A DNA stretch of 64,000 nucleotides, from contig NW_024704742.1 of assembly GCF_018977255.1 (NCBI RefSeq), forward strand, positions 62,560,001 to 62,624,000, in the 5' to 3' direction. Within the stretch, counting starts at the first letter, position 1. Each line of letters starts with the position of its first letter. This DNA comes from Callorhinchus milii (Eukaryota). The position numbers and the translations under genes were made by a program. Of the stretch, positions 1 to 11,536 are shown piece by piece. The notes under the pieces were generated by a model that saw nothing but the letters and a program-made list of their open reading frames with translations, was not told the DNA's origin and ran no database searches.

Positions 1-267
1 TAATACATTTTGAATTATGTAAAACAAAGCAAACATTTCACTTGAATCACAATAATTGGTTTTAACTTTCCCACTGGAAATCCAAAGCTGGTTCTGGGTG
101 AGAGGTAGCCTCAACTCAAGCCTAAATTCTGCTCAGGAAGTAGTGAAACATATATCACCTGAAGAGCATCACAGACTGGGCCTCACTTTCCAGTGAGTCG
201 ACAGTGAGTGGGTTGAAATGCTAATTAAGAGATTGCTCATCTGCTTCATTCACCAAATATATCAGAT

Positions 268-662
268 ATCAATCTGGCGCAGTGGTAGGACTCTAGCCTT
301 TGAGTCCAAAGACTCTGGTTTCCAGCCTTACATCAGGATACTGAAACACAAAGTCTAGTGTAAAGCTGGAGGAAGAACTGCTTTATTGGAGATGCTTTTA
401 TTTGGATGTGGTATTAAACTAAGGTCCTGTTTGCCGGTTCAGGTAGACAGTAAAGATGCCTTGGCACTACTTTACTTTACCAAGTACCAAGTAGCTGTTT
501 GTGCGACATCGCAAAATGCAAATTGACTGTTTCACTTGTCCATAATTGCACAAAATTTGTATTTACAATATTCAATACAATATTAAAGTCCTGTGAAGTG
601 TTTTGAGACATCTCGATGACATGATGAGGCACTGTATCAAATGCAAGGATTATTTGGATTAT
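268..662 (+). mobile_element. SINE family B (SacSINE1/AmnSINE-like tRNA-headed DeuSINE)
   Basis: Head ctggcgcagtggtag...ttgagtc, body ggatg...ttaaac..ggtcc...caggt.gacgtaaagat.ccatggcact, and the shared tail. Confidence 0.75.
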
Positions 663-1473
663 TGTGTAGCAAATCCTGTGATGAACAATTAGAAGGAGTT
701 TTCTCTTTAATCCTTCCCATTGAAAAGTTTGCTGGTCTTATTTTTTTGGTCAGCCAGGTGTATGGCACATGTGGAAACTCATCACCATGCTTAAGAGTAT
801 CAAAATCAAACTAAGAATTCCATGCATCCCACCTGCACATGGAAATTCTAGAAATATCTGTTGGAATCGAATGTGCACTCTTCCTGGAGGGACACATTCT
901 GCTTCTGGAGAGTATCAGGTGCATGTTAGTAAGAGCCAAGATAAGTGGACCCCAGAGTGTGCTTTGGGGATACTGTTGGAGTCTAACCAGCTAAAACCGC
1001 AGAGCTTGCCATTGAATGCATTATTGCTGTAAGTGACTGGCGCAGAATAAATCTCCATTTTTAGGGAGGAAGGAAGGCCTAGTCTTTCAGCTATGTTAGC
1101 TGGTAACATTGGAGAGCTAAAGGTACTGTTTTCAAACACCTGAGTTGAAATATGACTGTGTCTGCAATAATTTGTGGAAGGACGGCTGATTCATTTTCCG
1201 AGACATGTTTGGGTTTCTTTCACCATAACTGAACACTTCCCACAAGTCTCCAGCTGACAGATGTGCCAGTTGTTTCCCGTAATCAGCCTGTTGTTTTTGA
1301 ACCATCAGTTTCCTGCTGTTATAGTCACACAAAAGCACATTGCTGAGTTCATCCCGCAGCAAATGTGCCAGTGTGAATAATACATTGAAATTTCAGGCAA
1401 GTCTTAAACAAAGCAAAGCTGCAGCATCAGGGCAGAGGATTGAGGTATCATTCCAATTGAACAGAAAGCTGTA

Positions 1474-1849
1474 GAGTCCTGTAGAATAATGTGGCGTCAT
1501 GCAGAGTAATGGTTAGAGCACTTGCTTTGCAAGTGAGAGGACTTGGGTTTGATTCCCGTGCGGGGCGAAGCATTACCCCACACGCTTCTGTTTACCTAGC
1601 AATAAGTAGGAACCCGGTTGTCAGTCGAACGGAAAATCGTTTTCCAGGTGTAATAATCCCTTTAAAAAAATAAGAATAATTTGGTCACTCAATCGACGAC
1701 TATTTCTGGGATACTGCTGTGTGCAATTGGTTGCTATGTTTCACCCACAAAATATACAGTCAATTCACTTTACAGTATATTCTGTGAAGCGCTTTGAGAT
1801 GTCTCAATAGTGTGATAAAGAACTATATCAAATGCAAGGATTATTATTA
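1474..1849 (+). mobile_element. SINE family A, long subfamily
   Basis: Same head, core and tail, plus the internal module ctgtttacctagcaataagtaggaacccgg. Confidence 0.85.
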
Positions 1850-2154
1850 AAGCTGAATAACTGCAGTGACAATCCTGCTGAATGTGGTTGAGTTGCGGTT
1901 GGCTCTTAAATTCCACTTAGTTCTTAAGGCTGTGGGACTACCTGTTTTTAAATTTAAGATTGCGTCATGCTGTGGAAAATTCTACGCAGAAATCTTAATT
2001 TGGAAGCAGTTTTTCTGCAGGTTTTGAGAAGACCAGGCTTCCAAATTCAGGATGAATTTGAGAATTTCCACAATTCCCCTTAATCTTGTGGAGTCCTGTA
2101 GTGTACTGATTAAAGCTCTCGCCTCGCAAGCCAGAAATGTTAAGCAATATAATC

Positions 2155-2725
2155 CTTAATAAATAATCCTTGCATTTGATATAGGGCCTCATCACTTCTT
2201 CGAGACATCTCAAAGCGCTTCACAGATTATATTGTAAAGTGAATTGATTAAAGTAAATTAATAATAATCCCTCCAAAAAACAAAACAATAATAAATAGGT
2301 CAGTTTCAATCCATGACTGTTTGTGGGACACTGCTGTGCGCAATTGGCTGTCGCATTTCGCCCACAAATATAGTCGTCTAGAAGACGTGAAAAGCACTAC
2401 ATCAAATGGAAGGATTATTATTATTATTATTTTGTAAGTAAGTTTCCTTACTCCGCACTCTTCTGTTTACCTAGCAATAAGTAGGAACCCTGTTGTTAGT
2501 CAATTGGCGTATCGCTTTTTCAGGGGTAATAATCCATTCAAAAAAATAATAATAATTTGATCACTCAATCCACAACTGTTTGTGGAACACTGCTATGTGC
2601 AAATGGCTGCTGAGTTTCGCCCACAAAATATAGAGTCAATTCATTTTACAGCTGCGAAGTGCTTGGAGATGCCCCAAAGATGTGATAAGGTGTTATATCA
2701 AATGCAAGGATTATTATTAGTATTA
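2155..2725. mobile_element. Cluster of three SINE-A fragments (2155-2250 -, 2253-2431 +, 2435-2725 +)
   Basis: Repeated Deu core and aaatgcaaggattatt tails. Confidence 0.8.
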
Positions 2726-3744
2726 TCTTAATTTTGATACCAAATTGTCTTACAGGAAAAAAGCTGGTGGAATCCTGAGTCTCACTGCTGGATAGGCAAT
2801 TATTATATATCCTTCTCTTTTTTTTGCTTCATCCCTCAGTCATTAGCATGTGATACTGCAGCAATGATTTGGAGTTGACAACTGTACAATTCTAAGAAAC
2901 TCTCTGAATCCACCGCCTCTCACTGTCTCTTGCTCTCTGTAGAGTCATGGAAGATGTGGAGGACATGAAATATGACTTTGCTTCTATTGCTCAGACAGAC
3001 CTGATAACTAACAAGCAACACAGTTGAGATTGAGTTGCCTTCTATTGCTCAAGAGGGAATAAAAGTATCACCTTTTCCATGTTGAATTATATTTCTCATA
3101 TGATCTTCCAATTAAATAAGCTTAGCATTCATCACGGTTTGATTTTGTTTTAATGAGGAGCATTACAAGTATGGGGCCACTTTAATACTCTCTGCTCTGC
3201 CGTGAGGACTGCCTCTCATCTATCTTTAGACGAGTTACAACATTCTTCTAAATGAAGGTAAAATATTAAACTCAAGGGGCTATCCAAGTCTCGGATATTT
3301 CTTTCACCAGCCCATCATGTTCCTAATGTGAAGTTTTACCTTTGTGAGTTGATTAGAAACAGAAAGTTCATTAAAATAAATTTTCAAGTTCATCTTTATC
3401 ACTGGCCCTTATGCTTAAATTTATTATAAACACAATATAAACTTGGCACTGATCCTATAAAACCGACAGTCACTCCATTTTACAGTATATCCTGGAACGT
3501 ACTTTGAGACATGCGCCTGATGTGGAAGACTAAAACAAATACAAGGATTATGATTACTATTATTATTTATTATTATTCACTATTATTACTATAGAGCCTT
3601 AACACAATGAAAACGACTATCCTTTGTATCTTGATATTATTATTACTAACAATAATCCTTGCATTTGATATAGCACTTTATATCAAATCAATAGCCTCAA
3701 AGCGCTTCACCAGATTTACTGTAAAGCGTAGTGCATCCAAGGAT

Positions 3745-4240
3745 GCACATTCCACCTTACTAAGCCAGTCCGGAACCTTGGGTTCTTGTTTGACCCTCAA
3801 CTATCCTTTCTACACCACATCCATGCCATGTCCTGCTCTGTCTTCCCCCACCTCCGCAACATTCCCCAGCTCCACCACTATCTCACACCACAGGCTGCCG
3901 AAACCCTCATCATAACTTCCAGGCTTGACTGCGCAACTCCCTACTTGTCGGCCTCCCCAACTCCTCCCTCCAAATCATGCAGAACTCTGCAGCCCGGTCC
4001 TCTCCTGCACCAGGCTCCATGACTCTATCACCCCCATTCTCGCCTGACTCCACCGGCTTCCCATCACACAGAGGATATTGTTCAAGATCCTGGTCCTCAC
4101 CTTCAAAGCCCCCCTATGGCCTTGCCCTTGCTTCCCCCTACCTCTGTGACCTCCTAACCCTCTACCAACCTGCTAACTGTCTCTGCTCAGTGGCTTTAGC
4201 CTGCTTCACATCCCCTGCCTTGCTCGCCCCACCATTGATT
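3745..4240 (+). mobile_element. L2 LINE ORF2 C-terminal fragment
   Basis: RNLG..FDPQLSF, ITSRLDC, MQNSAAR and I.FKILVLTFKA motifs. Confidence 0.85.
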
Positions 4241-7200
4241 GACTGAATTGTGATTACGAGAGAGAATGTCTTGGGAGAAATTAGAGTTTGCACATTTGCC
4301 ATCAACATGGGAATCTATGGATTGGATTTTTAACTTGGCATCTTCACCACATTACCTGGCACCATCCCTTATTTCAATTCAATGTCCTGGCTTGAATCCA
4401 CATCCTGTTGACTGAGAGGCGAAAATGCTACTTACCAACTGAGCCAGGTTGACACCTAACAAAATGTAAAAGCACATGATCAGATTTCAGTGTATGACTC
4501 TTACTGGGTTTCGATGTGACTATAACATCAACACAGTAGTATGCCATTTCCAGATATAGAATAGTAAAAAAAATGTTTTGACAAATTGCTTTGTCTTTTT
4601 ACCTTGTATGGGATTTATGCTGTGGAAAATGTGGACCAGGCTGAGAGATTCTTGTGATAGCTGTGCTATTCTCAGTACTCAGAAACCTGCATTTATTTTT
4701 AATACCATTTCTAAGTGCTGATGGTGGCTAAAGACCGGGTTATGTGCATCTCTAATGCACGCTAAAAACATTTGCACTGACACCATGCAAGTTGGCTTTG
4801 AATCAACCTTGCAAACCCATGCAGTTATACTTACTGGGTTGAAATATAGTATGTTACAATTTGTGTTTAGAGTGAGCTGAGATGCTATCCCACATGAAGG
4901 GAGCTATATAAGTGCAAATTGTTGTTGTTGTGATATACAAATGTAATCTTGTTGTTGTATATACAATATACTGATCAAATCCTAATAACTGGTGACTATG
5001 CTGTTTGGGAGGTAAGCGGGATGCCAAAGGCATTTGGAGTTGAGTTGGCTCCAAAATGGCATGTTTGCAACAGGTTGCTGGAATTAAGTGACCCTCTATA
5101 ACCTCTTGGTAGTCTGGTTCCTGAACCAGAGTGGACCCACAACACTCCAGAGCACTGCTGATAACTGATCAGTCAGTCTGTCTCATTGACAGGACCTGGA
5201 GGGGATGGTCAATCACTGGGAGCAGGGATTCTTCTCTCTCACCTCCTGTTAACCATGCAAGCTAAGGCCTTAATGGGTAAGGTGGTCTTAGCTGTTCAAG
5301 CAACAACAACAAATTGCATTTAGATAGTGCTTTTCATGTTGAGAGGACGTCCCAAGGAGCTAGACGATGTGGGGTTTGCTCCTGAGCTGCGAGTTGGGAT
5401 CAGAGAAGGGTGGAGGGTAGCGGAAGCTTGCCAAATAGTGCACTCAAAGACAAGATATGTATTTTTGGCTGATTAAACTCCAGCGGTACCCCAATGCACA
5501 TTCTGGTGTGGCCAAATATTGATTCTTGCTAACCTGCTCTCCGAAATTAGGTTAGCAGGACGCTTCCCTCTGTGTAAAACTATCAGTTTGTTTTGGATGT
5601 GCTTAAGCATGGGGTTGGGTTTTCACATGTGTCAGATAGTGGTCTGACCCCCAAAAATCCTGATACTCTCAACCTGCTCACTTACACACAGTTTTCATAG
5701 ACCTTTTTGAACTGTGCCTTCTGCAAGCTTTTCCAGTCTGAAATATCATTACATGATCACAAGGGTTGCTCTTGTTATCTACAAAGACACAGTGCAACAA
5801 AAATCTTCCATTCATTCAACCATCAAAGGTCTCACATTACTTTTCTAGAAAGTGCTCACTTCCATTCCACCCACAAAATCTTTCCAATTAAACCTTGTTT
5901 CTAATCTTGCTCCACCTACTCTTCATCCATAAAAAAATTCTGAAATGCATCTGCAATTCAAGTTAACCACTGTTAACATGCATGACCGTTCAAATTAAAC
6001 GCTTGCAGATAGAAACCTTTTAAAATTATTTTCTGCAGGGTAAAGCACTTCCAAAAAAACTCTCAGAGGATAAAACACTGTGAAACACGCCATATGAGTG
6101 ATTGAAGATTTGAACTATCTTTTCTTGCGTTATTTTCAATAGTGCCATCAAATAAAGCTGAAATCCCTTGGACACATTTAACAGATTAAAGTACAATTTC
6201 CTCAAGTATTAGGTACAGCACATCAGCAACAAAGTGCCTCTGTACCAGGACACGATGTGAAAGCAATTCAGAGGAAAGAAATGTCACATTTACACATATT
6301 AAGCGTTAATGTAATCTATGGCATTGTTGTACTGAGCCTGCCAAGCGGATGAATAATCTTGCATCCTAAATGCATAATGTTGATTTGTCATCTCCAGCTT
6401 ACCAAGCAGCTGCTGCCTCAAAATAAATAGGGCTGGCCATACAAGAACAAACATTCATCATGGCCAATGTGTCAGCCGCTAGATTTTACAACTGAAACCT
6501 GCCTCTGACGTATTGATTTTATTTTTAAAGTTCACTGCAGATTTAATCATAAGCATTAGAATTTAAAGATCCACGCATGCATTAAACATTTTGATCAGGC
6601 TCAGGACTGTAACCGGGGGGCACATTACAAATGAAAAGTACAACTGATATGTTGAGAGAACTGCTGTAATCTCTTTTAATTCCTCCACATCTGGCGCTGT
6701 GTGCGCTAGTTAGTTAATAAACATTAGCTGAAAAAAAATTGACTTTTTTTTCTGAATGCATTGGCAGGAAAAGCAATCATGCAAATCAGGAAAATTAAGA
6801 CATTTCACAAACTCAACAATATTACTATAATCCGTTTTTGCCTCTTGCAAAACACTACCTGGGGGATGAAATGATTTTAAATGTTTAATGGCACAGTTTT
6901 ACTCATTGTACCTTTATGCATTGTGTGCATGTAATGCTAATTGAAATTAATATTCAATTAGACAGATATTAGTAAATCTAAAGTGATTGTGGCATCTGGT
7001 TAAATTTTTTAGTCCACAGTTTTCATTGTCACAGATCAGGTTGGGGTTGAGCTCTGAAAGTAAATATGGGTCAGATGGGAGCTCCTGTGTCTGTAGCATA
7101 TCTGGGATCACAATATATTTAAATGCTCTGAGACGTTACCCTACATGTAAGGTGCTATATAAGTGCAAGTTGTCGTATATTTTACTTTTATGGTTACATA

Positions 7201-7259
7201 TGGGAATCAGCCTTTGCATATCTTTCCTGATTTATTTCTGTAACAAAATGTTCAGTGTA

Positions 7260-8440
7260 CTGACTCCAGCTCCCCACCCATTTCCAACCTGACCTTCTTC
7301 TCCAAGGTGCCAGAATGAGTCATCTCCTCCCAGCTGTGCTCCTCCCTTTCCCAGCACTCCCGCCTTGAGCCCCTTGAATCTGCTTCCTGCCCTGCGCACA
7401 GCAATGAGACTGCTCTAGTCAAAGCCATTAATGTCATTATCTCCACTTGCTACTCGGGCTCTCTCCGTCTGCTTGTTTTCTTTGACCTCATTTTTGCTTT
7501 TAACACAGTTGACCATTCAATCCTTCTTCAACCTCTTTCTTCCATGCCCCACCTCCATGATTTTGTCCTTTCCTGGTTTCATTCTTACTTATGTATCGGC
7601 ATCTTCACTTTATCTCTTCTAATGGCTTCTCTTCCTGCCCAAAAAAGTCACATGCAGCATTCCTCAGGGGTCTACCATTGGCCCTTCTCTTTTCACTATC
7701 TATTTGATAAAGTGATATGATTTGTAGACTTGCAAGCATCCATGTACACTTCCACATGTACATGGATGACACCCAACTTTATCTCTCTACCTCTACTGGA
7801 CCAGTGTTGTTCTGACCGACTGCCTGTCAGGCACAAAGTCCTGGATGAGTTCTAACTTTCTCCAGCTAAATGTCAGCCAGACTGAGACTCTTCTGCATGA
7901 TTCCCGACAGCGCCTTTTTACTTTAGGCACTGACCGCATCAAAGGCACAGACACTCACTCCTTCTCGCAGAGTTGGTGTGAAACCTTGGTGTCCTATTTA
8001 ACCCTCAACTATTCTTTGAGCTCTATATCTGGGCTCTCATTTTCTCAGCTTTCTCTCACCTCTCCGATATTACTCTCCTTTACCATTACCTCTCCCCCCA
8101 GGCTCCCAAGACCCTTATTCACACCTTCATCACATCTAGGTTAGACTATTCGACCACCTTCCTTGCTGAACTATCCCTACTCCCTAGCTGCAGAGTTCAT
8201 ATCCTCTCCCACGCCAGGCTCTGTGAGCCTAACATAACAATAACTTGCATTCATAGTTTTGTTGTATCACCCCAATCATCTCTCGGTTCCACTGGTTCTC
8301 CTTTCCCATGTGGATTGAATTCAAAATCTTTGTCCTTGTATCTAAACCCTGCCACGTCCTTGCCCCACCCAACCTTTGTGACTTCCTCAAGCCCCTCATC
8401 CCATGTTCTCCCTCTGCTTAGAGAACACGATCTTGCTTCA
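7260..8440 (+). mobile_element. Old L2 LINE RT fragment
   Basis: PISNLTFFSKV, AHSNETALVK, IPQGSTIGP, YMDDTQLY, WMSSNFLQLNVSQTE, SRLDY and FHWF..PMWIEFKI motifs, all decayed. Confidence 0.88.
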
Positions 8441-10049
8441 TGTCCTACACTGAAATAATTCCTTGATGGGTCTTTCAATAATTTTGTTAAAAGTTGTTGT
8501 GTTGTTATTCCCTCTGTTAAAAAAGGTGCCTGGAAATGCATTGTTTTCAAAGGCAAAGGTGATTCTGGTTGATTTGTAGCCTGTGTCTTATATCAGTAGC
8601 CTTCGATCCATCATTAGGGCATGAGAGATGCATTGTGCTCAGCATCTAATTTACAAGCAGTGCATAAATGTACGGAGGAGCCTGGGTTTGCTAAGGTGGC
8701 GTTTTTGGAACCCATTACACAATGCAATTGATTTAAGGTATTATAGCAATTTGAAAAGATTACTGTTTGGCACAAATGTATTGACCACCAATTAATGCTG
8801 CTCTGGTTTTTGCTGAGCTCTGGATGGCATCATTGCTGCAGCTGTGCAGACAGGATGTGGGAGCAAATGATTAACTCAATAGCAATAATTAGCGAATGAT
8901 TTAAACTCCACTTCACTCCCTCCCCCTCTCCGAATAACTCCAAAGTTGAATGAAACTGGCTTAATTTGTGTCAATGTGCAATATTGAGAATTTTCTTTTG
9001 TATGCATGAATGGATAAAGTAAATTCAAAGAGGTTGGCACACCATGGCCAAACTGCACTCTGTGGTGCCCTCAAGTGCACCCCCCTGAGCATTTGCACTA
9101 GTCTAGTGAAGTGCATATTCAATCAGTAGTGTGTTTCCTGGATTATCTTGATTGAATATTTCTTGATTCATGGCGTAAATCAGGAAATATTCAATCAAGA
9201 AAACTTATTTTGTTGGCTGAACAAAAAGAGTAACCACCACTGGCCAAGACTATATAAGTTCAAAGTCCAAATGAGGCCATAACGTTCTGACTCAAGAGAT
9301 GAGAGCACTACCATTTTGGTAGGTTGGGGGATATTTTCAATTTAGGAGAAGATGATCAATAGGAATAACTATTAAAACAGGACAATTATACATCATCATC
9401 TCCCATTTAATGTCAAAATGAACAAAAGATTATGGAGTACATATGTCAGGTGGGGGAAGCTGTTGGTTTAACATTTAACTTTTTGTGACTGTAAAAAATA
9501 TCTCATTTATGTCATTCTGGGAGAGTAGAACGGAGCAGAGCAGACTATTTTAGGCTTAATAGCTTTACCAGAGCTGTTGTTAACATACTAATTAAAACCA
9601 TTGGTAAATTATTGCTGGCATTCACGGTCCCATAATCTGCCAAAAGGAGTTTAGTATGCTAATTTATCCAATCATTAAAATCATACTGATTGCTAAAAGT
9701 TTCATGAGATCCTCTGAGCAATGAAGCGATGTAATATCTCACTACTCGAAATTAACAAACTGGATCTCCATTTAGCATTAAAACATTATTATTTTGCATT
9801 TGCACAATGGCAAAATTATTCTGTTCCTGGATTAACTCCAAGATAATGTTTCACACCAGTTTGTAGAAATGAAATAATTGAATTACTTCCTTTGGTGTAT
9901 TTTGTAATAAATTGGTCTTCAACAACACTTGCAATCACTTTAGCTTGTGTTGAATTTACAGGTACTGGGGATTAGCTAGTTTAGCACAAAGTTTGGAGCT
10001 TGACCATTCTTTAATCAAATCCCAATTCGTTCCACTCAGCTCTTCACTC

Positions 10050-10362
10050 TTTAATAATAATAATAAAACATGCATTTGATACAGCACCTTATTGCATTGT
10101 TGACACATCTCAAAGCGCTTCACAGAGTATAATGTAATGTGAATTGACTGTGTATTTTGTGGGTGAAACAGGGCAGCCAATTGCGCACAGCAGTGCCTCA
10201 CAAACAGTCATGGATTGAGTGACTAAATGTTTTGTGGGGAGGGATTATTACCTCCGATAAGCGATCCTCCAATCGACTAACTGTGTTCCTTCTTATTTTT
10301 AGATAAACAGAGGTGTGTTGAATAAGGAAACTTGCCTAAGGTTTCGCCCCATCAGGGAATCT
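10050..10362 (-). mobile_element. SINE family A, long subfamily
   Basis: Tail, Deu core, internal module and partial head on the minus strand. Confidence 0.82.
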
Positions 10363-10526
10363 TAATTTTTTAAGGCTGACAAAATAAGTACCATGTCTTA
10401 AAAATACCCTCCTTGCTTTGCACTGATAAGCTACACTATTAATGTTTCATTTTTAAAGAGAGTTACAAAAAGCTCATGATGCTCACTTGGCTTATGCATT
10501 CTCAACAAATAAACTGCACCGATGGA

Positions 10527-11042
10527 CAACAATAACAACAAAATTACATTTGTATAGCGCTTTCACGTTGGACGTCCCAAGGCATCCCAAGGACTGACCC
10601 AACAGGTCAGTGTTTCAGACCCGAGCTGGGGGTTGGGATTGGGGAGGGTGAAGGGCAGTGGGGAGGGAGGGTGATCGAAAGTTTGGTCGAAGAGAAGGGT
10701 CTTGAGATGGGTCTTGAAGGAGGCGAGGGAGGCGCGAGGCAGAGAGACTGCGAGATGAAGTTCCAGAAGGCGTGGGCAGAGTGGCAGAAAGCCCGCCCAC
10801 CAATGGTGGAGCAGGCGAGGCGGGGAGTGTGAAGCAGGCTGGAGCCCGCTGAGCGGAGGGATCAGGCAGGATGGTAGGGGGTTAGGAGGTTGCAGAGGTA
10901 GTGGGGAGCAAGGGCTTTGAAGGTGAGGACCAAGATCTGTATCCTGTGAGTGATGAGAAGCCAGCGGAGTCGGGTGAGGATGGGGGTGATAGTGTCACGG
11001 AGCATGGTGTGGGAGAGCACATGGGTGCAAAGTTCTGGATGA
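10527..11042 (-). mobile_element. L2 3' fragment
   Basis: GGRAFCHSAHAFWN and FKTHLKTLLFD segments, with a (caa)n tail on the plus strand. Confidence 0.88.
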
Positions 11043-11174
11043 TCAATAGTTCTCCAGATAAATTGGTGACCTTGTGGCTGTGTGGGACCTCATTGGCTTA
11101 GAAATTTGGCTACAGAAAAACAGTCACTACACTTGAGAGTGATTACTCGTGAAGCACTTTGTGATTTTGGACTA

Positions 11175-11536
11175 TGATAATAACAATAATAATCCTTGCA
11201 TTTGATATAGCGCTTTTCACCTCTTCTAGACGTCACAAAATATATTGTAAAATTAATTGACTGTATATTTGTTGGTGAAAAATGGTAGACAATTCCACAC
11301 AGCAGTGTCCCACAAACAATCATGGATTGAGTGATCAAACTGTTATTATTTTTTTTGAAGGATTATTAGCCCCGGAAAAGCAATCCGCCGATCGATTAAC
11401 AACATGGTTCCTACTTAGTGCTAGGTAAACATGTGTGGACTAAGGAAACTTGCTCAACATTTTGCCCTGCCAGGAATTAAACTCAGGTCCCTCAGTTGCG
11501 AGGTGAGTGCTCTTAGCACTGAGCCACAGGACTCCA
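11175..11536 (-). mobile_element. SINE family A, long subfamily, full length
   Basis: Head ggagtcctgtggctcagtgctaagagcactc through to the (att)n tail on the minus strand. Confidence 0.85.

Noticed and set aside
3607..3915. ORF with a signal-peptide-like hydrophobic N-terminus
   Set aside because: Derived from an antisense SINE (att)n tail fused to an off-frame L2 fragment.
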